In this document: piece by piece, positions 37,670-48,426 of the stretch
Numbering within the stretch: the first letter of the stretch is position 1
Layout: each line of letters begins with the position of its first letter
Assembly: GCA_000934665.2 (NCBI GenBank)
Contig: JYFJ02002956.1
Location: forward strand, 1 to 48,426
Reading direction: 5' to 3'
Length of the DNA stretch: 48,426 bases
Source of the DNA: Catajapyx aquilonaris
Lineage: Eukaryota
Program-made: the position numbers and the translations under genes
The notes under the pieces: generated by a model
Databases searched by the model: none
Seen by the model: the letters and a program-made list of their open reading frames with translations, nothing else
Told to the model about the DNA's origin: nothing

Positions 37670-40600
37670 ATGGAGCTGCGAGATGAGGACCTGGAGAATC
37701 TCATGGGGTACTTAGGTCAGTCAATTTTTTTAAAATTCATTGATTGTGAAGGGTAGTCTGCCGGTGTGCAGGCCAGAATTATTTTTTTGCAAAAAAATTT
37801 GCACAGTGTGTTCTTCTGGCAGGTGAGACCGGCAAGTACCAGCTGATCCAATGTATGTATCTGATTCTACCTGCATTGGTGGCTGGGATTCACACCCTGT
37901 CCATACTCACAGTGGCTGCCATTCCACAACACAGGTGAGTTGTCCAGCAAAATATTTCCAACAAAAATCATGCACGAAGTTCACACGTGCGTCTAAATTT
38001 ATCCATAGTATAGTATAGCTAAAGGAACACACAGCCTGTCCTATTTTCCTACCTGACCTTGACCAAGTGTGTTACACATGTACACAACGGGATTAGACAC
38101 AGGTTAAATCTCTGGGAGGAATTTGCAAACGGATCAACATGATTGGTGCGTTTAAGCTGGATCTCTCTGAATAAAATTCCGTCCCATTGTTGTTTTGTTT
38201 TATATAGATGCTTCCTGGATGGTGTGGATAGCCTGGATCCGGAGGGTGCCTCTTGGAATGCTTCGGAGGTTCTCGCGGCAATTCCCCGAGACGCGAACGG
38301 CCAATTGGACTCCTGCCACTTGTTGGACGCGTCGTCTAACAGCACCAGTCCTTGCGACAAGTGGATCTACGACAATACCTACTATCATTCGTCCAGAGTT
38401 ATTGAGGTAGTCAGCTTATCTCTCTCTCTTTGCCGCTCTCGAAACAATCAAGGGTGTTCAAACCCTCATTTCCTGATCGAGAGTCTGCATCGCAGTTTTT
38501 TGGGGGGTAGAACGCACACAGGGTTTACATAAGGGTTTTGTGAAGTCGCCTAGTTGTCGCTGCCACCGAGCCAAAAAAAAATTTAAATAATTTGTAAATA
38601 ATTCCAGAGTTTGCGGATTAGTGACAGTTTGTAACAATTACGTCTTTATAATTGATATATTTCTAAAGCCCCATACATAGGCCTCCTACCATCTTGGCAC
38701 TAAAATAAAGAGTAAGCATGCATGCCAGCCAATGACAGACTGTTGAACAAAAAAGTGTCTTTGACCCTATGCAAACCCAGCCATTTGGAAAAGTAGCCAA
38801 AATGTCTGCAATTATTTCTGTAGTTCAATTTATTTATGAAGAAAATGCCTGGAGAGGCTGAAATGTTTTCTAGCAAGCTACACTTCAAGCTAAGAGTGCA
38901 TAGCAATATAATTATTATGGGAACGGTTGTTGGCCTTGATTTATTAGATACCAGTAAGCAAATTAGCAGGTATAGCACCCCCACCCAAACTGGTTACGCC
39001 CAGAGCATCATTGTTGTCAATAATTCGCATATTTTTTGACCTTTAATAATTACAGTGGAACCTGGTTTGTGGCCGGAGATGGATGCGAGCCTTGGCCCAG
39101 ACCGCTTACATGGCCGGAGTCGTGGTTGGAGCATTCATTCTAGGAACTTTGGCAGACAGGTACACGCACATGACTTTGCCAAAAAAAAAGCGACTAATTT
39201 TTTTCAGCATCATGTTGTTTACTTCTACTTAGGATTGGTCGAAAGAAGGTGCTGTGCGCATCGGCCGTGGTACAACTGGTTCTGGGACTGTCCTCACCAT
39301 TTTGCCAGGACTATGCCTCCTTCACTTCTGTCCGGTTTTTCCTCGGGATCTTCGCATCCGCAGGAAGCTTCATCACCAGCTTTGTCATCAGTAACGACCA
39401 TTTTATTGCTCACCCTGTAGTGTAGCCAGCAAGAATTGTCACTATTTTTCAAAGACGGTGACAGTTACAGCACACGCCATTCATGTAGACGTCACATGTT
39501 GTTACCCGAGTTGTCACATGTGTAACTAGGGCTTAGTTGAAGTTAATCATATTCAGAGTGTGCAACTACATTATTTTAGACTACTTGTCTATGGTGACTA
39601 ACTATAAAGTCTTCTTTACTTTATAGTAATGGAACTGGTAACACCAACTCAGCGTACGCTTTGGGGAATGCTGTTTCACACCTCTTTCGGTGTCGGAATA
39701 ATGCTGGTGGCAGCCTGGGGATCTATCATATCCGATTTCTTCACCCTTGAAATCGTCTACGCCTTACATGCTGTGTGTCTTCTTCCACTTTGGTGGTAAG
39801 TACGTCACAAATAGATGGCAAAATAGTTCAGCTATTTTAGAAGAGGCTTTAAAAAAAATAATTCTCTTCAGGTTAGTAGACGAGTCCATACGTTGGCTTT
39901 GGAGTCAAGGAAGGGTGGACGAAGCGCTCAGGATAATGGAAAAGGCAACCAGAATAAACGGGCACCCACAGAAGTTCAACTCAGAGTTCTACCTCCGGCT
40001 GATGGACCATGCTGAAGACAAGGAGAGCAATCCGGAGCCGCCCAGAAAATACGGGGTCCTCGACCTATTCCGAACACCGAATCTCCGATGGAGGACGGTC
40101 AACGTCTACTTCAACTGGTTAGCAGCACCACTGTTTCTATATAAGTGCCCCAGTGAGGTCAAGACTCACTTTGCCATCACTTATTGCTTGTTGTTTTAGG
40201 TTCACCAACAGCTTGGCCTACTATGGCCTGTCGCTCAACACAGCTGCACTGGTGGGCAACCCTTTCCTTCTCATCTGTCTGGTGGGCCTGGTCGAGTTTC
40301 CAGGATACATCATCATTGTGCTTCTGGTGGACAAGGTTGGGAGGAGGCCAATACTCATATCTTTTATGCTGCTTGGAGGCATCTCTTGCATCGCATCCAC
40401 ATACATTCCGTCAGGTATGTGAAGTTTTACATTCTCATCTGAGGTGGCCAATCACAATATTGCAATTTTCTTCCTTCCCTTTCGTATAGGTACTGATGTA
40501 GGTAACCTGTCTCAGGTGATTCTAGTCATGTTAGGGAAGATGTTGATTGCCGGCTCGTTTGCCATTGTCTACTACTACACTGCCGAGCTTTTTCCGACAG

Positions 40601-41009
40601 TACTTCGAAACTCAGCAGTCGGAATCTCCAGCACAGGGGCCAGACTCAGTGCCGCATTAGCACCACTCATATTCCTTCTGGTACGCACACATTGATCATA
40701 TATTTCAAATTTTCATGTTTTAAGAATATATTATTTTAAATATTTCAGGACTCGATGGACAAAACATTGCCTTCGGTTGTGTTCGGAGTACTGGTGATCG
40801 CTGCCGGATCGAGCGCCATGCTTCTTCCGGAGACTCTGAACCAGAATCTTCCTCAAACACTGGAAGACGGAGAGAACTTCGGCAGAGGAGACAACTGCTG
40901 TACCACCCTGTACAACAAGTGGAGGAGTTGTAAGGACCATCCTTCCAGACGAGGACCAGACAAGGAAGAGAATGGCAGTGTCGTTTCGGGGATACAGTTC
41001 TCGCTCTGA
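37670..41009 (+). CDS. SLC22/organic cation transporter (Orct-like) paralogue 2; exons 37670-37715, 37823-37934, 38208-38406, 39056-39159, 39233-39390, 39627-39795, 39872-40117, 40200-40414, 40490-40680, 40749-41009
   Basis: LENLMGYLGETGKYQ, CDKWIYD, EWNLVC, LADRIGRK, DESIRWL, YYGLSLN, DKVGRRP, YTAELFPTVLRNSAVG, LLPET..LPQTLEDGE; colinear with paralogue 1; GT-AG junctions in phase. Confidence 0.92.
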
Positions 41010-42345
41010 AACTCGGTGTGACTGATAATATAGTGACTGCTTTTTAATAATTGTTTGACGCGTCCATAAAAGACAATTTGCAGACCAGAGTCGGACTTGT
41101 CAAGTGTTCAGATGGATTGAGCACGAGTTCAGATATCCGATTCGAGATTTTTAGACGACTGGAAAATATTGTGAGGCTGTGTGTAAAAAAAAAAATTAGA
41201 TTATTTCCACGTCCTGTTTGACTTGCCTTTTTGAAGTTAAAATTTTGTTTTCAGAAATGAGTTGGCTTTTTCTTTCTTTCCTATAACACGCATGGTATTG
41301 CACTGGTTTGTAGCTACTGACAGAAAAAAATGAGCTTTAATTTTTGCCTGAGTAATATTATGATGGCTCTCTCGATGGTGCCTGGCCCAATTTTGGAAAC
41401 AGCGTCAGGTCAGCCTCCATCACTCTCAGGCAATGCTGCTCCAAAATGAAGGGAGGCCAAGCAGCTATGTTCTAAAAAATCATTAGGAACAATGGAAACA
41501 TTACCTTCACAAGCGATTGGACGTCAACAGGAATTTTTAGTTGATTATTTTTTTGATTTCAAATTCCGCGCCGGTTATAGTCTCCGATCCCGTCCGCCAG
41601 TTGTCGCCACCTTCCGCTCCGTTAATTTGGCATGGAGTCGACCGCAACGCCATCTGCTCGTCGAATTTTCACTTTTCCGGACTTCCGATAGATCTGGCTC
41701 GCCCCGGTGTTTTGCCCCGGGTTTTACGGCCCGTCCTATCAACCTGGGAGTGCCCCGGGGCCGGCCCGTTGCAGAGAAACGTCGCTGGCTTCCTTCTAGC
41801 TCTTCAGGTAGACTCGGAAGCCATTGTTCCGGCCAGGAAACTGGTAGGCCTAGGGAAAAAGAGGGAAAGCTTTGTGGACTACCGTATTTTTAGCGTACCG
41901 TAATTAATCAACTTGCTAATCTTAATTATGCTTGATTTAATTGTAAACGCATTATGTAGTACACAACTTGTGCATGTAATTTAATCAACTTTAAATAATT
42001 TTAAGCACATTTTTTTGTATTAGGTTAAAGTACACGGCACGTACGCAATGGTAATTTCCATGGGAAAAAAAAAGCAAACGCCTTTGTACATTTCCCAAGG
42101 TTAGTCGCGACCTCCCTAAAAATATACCAATTGCATATGCGCAATTTTCTTTTCTCCGAGCCAGTCTTTTCTACTAGTTGACAAAATAATGAGCATTGCG
42201 ATGTATAGCGCCGGGTATTACAGTCGAATTGTCTGTGTATGATCTGCTTATTTTTCATTTAAATTGCTGTCAGAATAATTAGTTGCAGTGGGATTTAATT
42301 TCAGTTCGCTCCTGTTCGTGAAGACGTTTGAAGGTGTCGAGCAGC

Positions 42346-45300
42346 ATGGCGAATAAAGGTAGCCCCAGCGTACTGAACAGCCTGATTCAGTTCCGCTTCC
42401 AGCGGAAGATGAAAGAGAATGCGGGTAACTCATCCAAAGCAGGTGAGGCCCACATTTAGCATTAAATTTGAATAATTAAATCACATTTTTTTTCCGGGTA
42501 ATTGACAGATTCGGCGATCAGCTTGGATTCGTTCGGGAGTGCGGAAAGCTCAAGTCCAGTTGTGGTGCCAAAGAAGGAAAATCGGAAGCCTCTCAGGATT
42601 GAGTCGGATGAAGATGAGGATGAAGGGATTGCCAACGGAGGAAGACCAAAGGTAAATTATTGAATACAGTTAAATTTTGTTCACATTAATGTGGTTTTTT
42701 AAAATTTTGCAGTGCAAGAGGCGTCGCATATTGAGTGAGAGTGAATCTGACGGATCTGCTGTCGAGGTGGTTGAAGATGCAAGCGAAGACAAGAGGAGTG
42801 AGAGCAACAGCACGCCAACTGATGAATATGAAAAGCTGGAGTCCAACATGAATTTTCTCAAGGACGCCTTTCCTGACAGGGATCCTATGGTTTGTTATAT
42901 TTAGGACTTGGGTCAGTCTCAATGGTTAATATGTTGTATGTTGTTGCAGGTGTTGCAGGACATGCTGCTGTGTAATGATAATGACTTGGAGGCAACCATG
43001 GTGAAACTGGCGTCTACAGGGGAAGAGTCACGTGGTTCTAAGAAGAAAAAGAAGAAGCATCGCGATGTGGGAAGCGAGTCGGAAGAGGATGACTATGAGA
43101 TTGACTCTGACAAGGTGTACGACAGCAGCGATTCTGATGAGGAGATCGACAATGAAATGACGGAAGACAGGAAGCTTGTCCTTGATTTCTTCTCCGAGGC
43201 AAATATTCACGAGCTATCTTCAATGCCTCGATGCTCTAGAAAAAAGGCGGAGGCTATCATAGATCTGAGGCCCTATGCAGGTACGATCATGTTTCATGAG
43301 TTGGCTGCTATTACTCTTATTAACATAAAAGTAATGTTTGGTCATTAATTTTCAGATTGGGTAGATCTGGTGACAAAGTTCAAATCAGGTCGCTTCGTGA
43401 CAACTGATCTCTTGAACTCAGCCAAGCAGCTTCTGCGAATGCGTGATGTTGTTAAGCGCTTGATGACCAAGTGTGAGCGCATATCCCAGAATCTGGCCGT
43501 GGAGGTGGAGCTGCTTCTGAAGGGGGAGAAACTGGCTCAGCAAGCACTTTCGGAGCAGCCGAGAACCTTGAATGAGGATCTTACCCTGACTCCGTACCAG
43601 ATGATCGGGCTCAACTGGCTGAGACTGATGCATGACCAAGATCTGAATGGGGTTCTGGCAGACGAAATGGGCCTCGGAAAGACGGTGCAGGCCGTTGCGT
43701 TTCTTGCTCATCTGGCGGAAAACGGAGTCAAGGGGCCGCATCTCATTGTCGTGCCTTCATCGACCATGGGTGAGAAAGTTAGTAGTGCAGCGATGATAGA
43801 GGCTGAATAATAGAGGAATTTTATTGGCTTCATGACTCATTGAATGATTAAGTACAGGTCCAAGTTACTTTCACTTACACATGATACTTTTTGGTGGAAA
43901 TGTAATTGTTGCTATGTCCTTTTCCGCATGAGTCTCACAACCATTTATTTCAGACAATTGGGAGCGAGAGATAGAGCGGTGGTGTCCTTCCCTGCGAGTG
44001 CTGAAGTATGCTGGACCTCAGAATGAGCGAAGGACCCTCCGGATTGGGATATTCTATGAAAGGATCACCGACTTTGATGTTTTGCTCACGACGTTAGTTA
44101 ATTTTCTTTTGCTTTCTGCAGTGTGATCTAAATGTAAAGTGCTGTTTCATGTGTCATGTGTTTTTTTAAATCAGATACCAGATGATGACATCCAGCAGTG
44201 AGGATCGGGTTTTGTTTAAGAAGTTCAGCTTTCACTATGCCATCCTTGATGAGGCTCACATGCTGAAGAACATGAGTTCTCAGAGGTACGAGCACCTGAT
44301 GAAGATCAAGGTGTCCCGCAGGCTCCTCTTGACTGGCACTCCCCTGCAGAACAACCTTGTGGAACTCATGTCGTTGCTCATTTTTGTTATGCCCGAGCTA
44401 TTTGCGAAGAAGAGGGAGCATTTGAAGCAGATCTTCTCAATTTTCCCGGTGAGCCAGTCTTAATTCTGCATGCAATTAAACTTGTACAAGGCGTTAACGA
44501 CTATTGCATTTGTTTTCAGAGAGTGAGTGACAGTGACTCACAGAGCGAGTATGAGAAGGACCGTATTGCACATGCAAAGCGAATAATGCGACCGTTCTTT
44601 CTCCGCCGTTTGAAGTCGGAAGTGCTGAAGGACCTTCCTGAGAAGAAAGAGGAGACTATTATCTGCCAGATGTCTCCAGTGCAGCGTCGCAATTACGAGG
44701 ACTTGGTGACTCAGTTCACAAAGAACGCCAGGGATGTTCGGGAGAGTAGCAGCAAGGAGAACGGAGCAGTGACTCTGAGGATGTCAGGATCAGCAATGAT
44801 GATGAGCTTGCGTAAGATGGCTTGCCATCCGTTGCTGATGAGGAACAACTACACGGATCAGAAACTCAGAGACTTGGTTCCAATCGCGCTCAAAGATCCT
44901 GCCAACAAGAAGTACACTGCTGAAACCCTCTACGAAGATATGTACTTCATGTCTGACTTTGCTCTACACACAATGTGCAAGGCTAACAAGGTACGGTAGA
45001 GTTTGTCCAGTGTGTACAAATGGGTTAATGGTAGTACCTAATTACTGGCTTTCTTTTAATTTCTAGAAACTTGAAATACACCAACTAGATGATGAGTACA
45101 TATTAGATGCAGGAAAGTTGATCAAGTGTGACTCCATCTTGCCCGAGATGAAGAAAAGAGGAGACAGGGTACTCATGTTCAGCCAATTTGTGATAGTCCT
45201 GAACATACTGGAGGAATACATGAAGATACGCAACTACAAGTATTGTCGGTTAGATGGTAGCACTCCTGTACATGAAAGGTCAGTGGACGTTGTGTTAATG

Positions 45301-46045
45301 TTTGTAATTAGGATGGCATGTTGATAAAACTTTTAAAATTATTTCCAGGCTGGCTTTAATAGACGAGTACAACAATGACCCATCCTTGTTTGTGTTCCTG
45401 CTTTCCACGAAAGCTGGGGGACTCGGGATCAACCTGACTGCGGCCAACGTTGTCATCCTCCATGATATTGATTTCAACCCGTACAATGACAAGCAGGCTG
45501 AAGACAGGTGCCATCGAGTTGGACAAACTAGGTAATGTACAAAAAAAAGTGCCAGGTCATGATCACGTCGAGAACATAAAATTTGCATTAGATTAACTAT
45601 TCTCAACACATGCATGGTGCACATGTCAATATGTAATTTTGCCACAGACCATTGTTGAGATTACAAGCCATCGTGGTACGGCTGTAAAATTGCAGCACAT
45701 TTCCAAGTTGAAATGCTGATTCCTCTGATGTATTCAACAGGAATGTTTCTGTGTATCGACTGATTAGCAAGGGCACAATTGAAGAGGGTATGCTTCACAT
45801 AGCACAGGAAAAGCTCAAATTGGAGCAGGATTTAACCACCGAGGGGAGTGGAGAAGGTCAGCCGCACATTTCAAACAGTATTTATCTTAAGTTGGAATTT
45901 TTCCTGGACTGAACATTATGTTTTTCTTGCAGATCAAAAGAGTGAGAAGAAGGACGTGGCACGCCTTCTCCAAATAGCTTTAGGCTTGAAAGTGGGAGAT
46001 TTAGGTGACGACGAGGACGCCACAGTAAACCTGGAAAACTCATGA
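42346..46045 (+). CDS. SMARCAD1: SNF2-family chromatin remodeller SMARCAD1 (Etl1/Fun30); exons 42346-42442, 42509-42651, 42713-42889, 42950-43280, 43356-43769, 43954-44092, 44175-44448, 44520-44990, 45067-45278, 45349-45531, 45741-45856, 45933-46045
   Basis: Acidic N-terminus, CUE-like [116 protein letters not shown] junctions in phase. Confidence 0.93.
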
Positions 46046-46902
46046 TGTGTGATAAATAGTTAGACAGTTTCACTTTCAGGGACAACAATAAGGGAGCAAC
46101 AACTTGTTATTTATTATGGGAAGCATGGTATTCGGTTTTTGTGTAATTTACTACTAGTAATCATGTCGAAGTGTTCCTGTTGTGCATTTGTTTCATTTGG
46201 CGAAGTCTGATTTACAGGGTGAGGCAAAAGTTATTTTTTAATTTGATATTGTAATTTTTTTCAGTTCGAGTACAAGGGGGGCCTGGCAAAGCTAAGGTAT
46301 TTCCAAGGGAAAGGATGGTTGAGAGAAAACCAAAGTTTATTTGTCTTGAGTTGTATTAATCATATGTCTTGTTACTTTATGTTTCATTAGTTCTTTACTA
46401 TTTGCATCTTGAGGAAGGAAAGAAAAAGAAGAGTGCAACTGAACGTGGTCAAGTCGTGATAACATGAAAAGTGTGATCGGGAATGTTTGTGATTTATTTG
46501 GAGTATCTGTTGATTCTACCAGGCACCAAACATGGTTTAGGTGAAGTTTTTTAAAAAAAGTGTTCTGCATCTACAGGTCCCATTTACGACCAGTGTTCCA
46601 GTATTTTTTTGTTTTTGTCTGGTTAGATTTATTTGCAATGTCTCTTTGGCACAACATTTTGTTTTATGTGTAAAGCAATATGACTGCATGCGATTAGAAA
46701 CCATGTTTCATGCCTGCAGCAGTCTCATATTGTTCTTTATTCATATTGACTAATAAATGGAGAAGATGTCATCAAATTTTATGGCCTCTTTTTTTTTTTA
46801 ATGGCAGGAAGCAATCCGTTATGTGAACTCTACTGTTTGCACTTGCGATTAAAGCCATGTCCGTTTCAAGCTCAGTTGTGTCGAGCGGTTCCAAAGGACA
46901 TC

Positions 46903-47157
46903 ATGGCAAGTTCATTTGGGTTCGTCTTGATTTTGGTATTAAATATACTGCAGTGTGAAGCGGCTCAGATCGTTTACCAAGTGGAGGCTACTACTGTAGG
47001 CGGAGGTCCCATAGGAATTTCATACACGAAAGGATTTGCGCTTCTCATCCTCAGTGCATTCATTGTCATATACAACATTTATTATCAAGCCCTACCTCTG
47101 GTGTTCACTATGCCTCGATTTGAAAACAGAGATGAGGATGACATGGATATGATTCAG
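46903..47157 (+). CDS. Uncharacterised signal-peptide plus transmembrane protein, first coding exon (downstream exons uncertain, probably within 47260-47441)
   Basis: Good start context (atcATGG), signal-like MASSFGFVLILVLNILQCEA, second hydrophobic segment GFALLILSAFIVIYNIYY, consensus donor CAG|GTAAGT. Confidence 0.55.
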
Positions 47158-48310
47158 GTAAGTGAAAGCTTGAAGCCAATCTATGGGAAAATTGTGCCAT
47201 TTTGGTTTGGAGGATGGGAAAACAATATTACCAAAGCATTTTATTAATCACATCAATAGAGTATGGCCGGCATGGTGAATGGCACAACTTCCAAGCCGAA
47301 AGCACAGAATCGTTTCATCTGGATCCCACACTACCATTATGTCTTATCCAGGTATATTGCAATCAATATATTTTATTAGAAGGTCCTGAATCTTTTTGCA
47401 TCTTGCACAGATGGGTGAAACTGGTTTCTGCTTTTGTCAGGTACGTAAAGTTATTATTATAACTTAATGGTTGGCATTTGAAAATGTGTGAAGTGGACTA
47501 ATAAGCTCAATGTTGGGATTTGGTGACCTTTAGAGTTTAGACGCACCATCCGACTCTACACCTGATATGACAACAGGCCTCATTAGCCTTCAAGGAGAAC
47601 ATGGCTACATTACAGCATCACTGTCAAAATTCACAGGCACTGATTTAAAAAAAATGAATCAATTAAGCTAACACAATTATGTTAATAAACGAGAAAATGT
47701 CGGAAATGTAATGCTTGAAAAAACTAATACTGTACCAGTAGTATCAAGAGTAGTATCCAATCTATAATATTAACCCTGTAGCGGGCATTGTTGCATGAGG
47801 ACTACGGTCGGGATCGTGGTCGGGATGTTGTTTATCAGTGCAGTGGTGCCAAACTGCCAACTCCGTGGACGTTTATAAAGCAAAATAATTTCAGTTTTTT
47901 AACCTTTTTGGCGACGGAGTTTTTGAGCCATTGCCTTACCCCAGGGCCTGAGTTTCTTTTTCCCCTTTTCCGGAAATTTGATGAAGAGTGACATTAATGA
48001 ATAATAATCCGCGGACTGCCCGGATTACCCGGATTACCTATCGTTACCTGATCAAAATGACCCTGTGACCCATTTTTGAGGGGGGCAGAGGTCAAGGCTG
48101 AAGTCGAGTTTACAGGCCATTGATCGCCGAATAAATAAGCCGTCACGATTTCCACATTTCCATCGCTGTGTTTGTTCATTACCTAGCAACATACGATTCG
48201 GCAACAATGACAACAATGCTCCCATCTGCATTCTGCTTTCAAAACTATTTGCTTTCATTTTATTTGCTTTTTGGGATATGATAGGGACGGAAGGAAGCGG
48301 CTGTGGCCTG

Positions 48311-48426
48311 TTTTTTATACCACGGGAATTTTCATACCACGTGAACTTTCATATCACGTGACTTTTTATACCACGGATATTTTTATACCACGTGAATTTT
48401 TATATTAGGGAAATTTTTATACCACA
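48311..48426 (+). repeat. Tandem 16-18-bp minisatellite (ttttataccacgtgaa), truncated by window end
   Basis: About seven diverged copies read directly. Confidence 0.85.

Noticed and set aside
47770..47790. TTAA-CCCT piggyBac-like left end (and GGGG-TTAA near 15181-15188)
   Set aside because: No matching opposite terminus found; motif too short to call.

Overview
Eukaryotic, intron-rich arthropod DNA, most likely a pancrustacean (hexapod or crustacean) given the TipE-family genes; no prokaryotic system or CRISPR array is present. Left to right: a tRNA-derived SINE-like remnant and a ~945-bp long-TIR (foldback-type) element; two TipE-family sodium-channel auxiliary subunit genes (TEH3-like, intronless; TEH2-like) on +, apparently nested in a >12.5-kb intron of minus-strand CFAP298 (C21orf59/kurly/CG18675), whose last coding exon I could not find in the window; a MITE-rich CFAP298 intron; CDK5RAP1 (MiaB-type methylthiotransferase) head-to-head with CFAP298; two tandem SLC22/Orct-like transporter paralogues that differ by two introns, with an antisense tRNA-Arg(CCG) in an intron of the first; SMARCAD1/Fun30; an orphan signal-peptide/TM gene; and a minisatellite running off the end. 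The nested TipE cluster is a known arrangement. The most original leads are candidate alternative 3' exons of TEH2 (one interleaved with CFAP298 exons), a frameshifted antisense orphan gene at 36.7-37.3 kb, and an MGACC mini-exon at 5.0 kb. Exon boundaries were read by eye from GT/AG sites and frame continuity; family assignments are from recalled sequences, not database searches.
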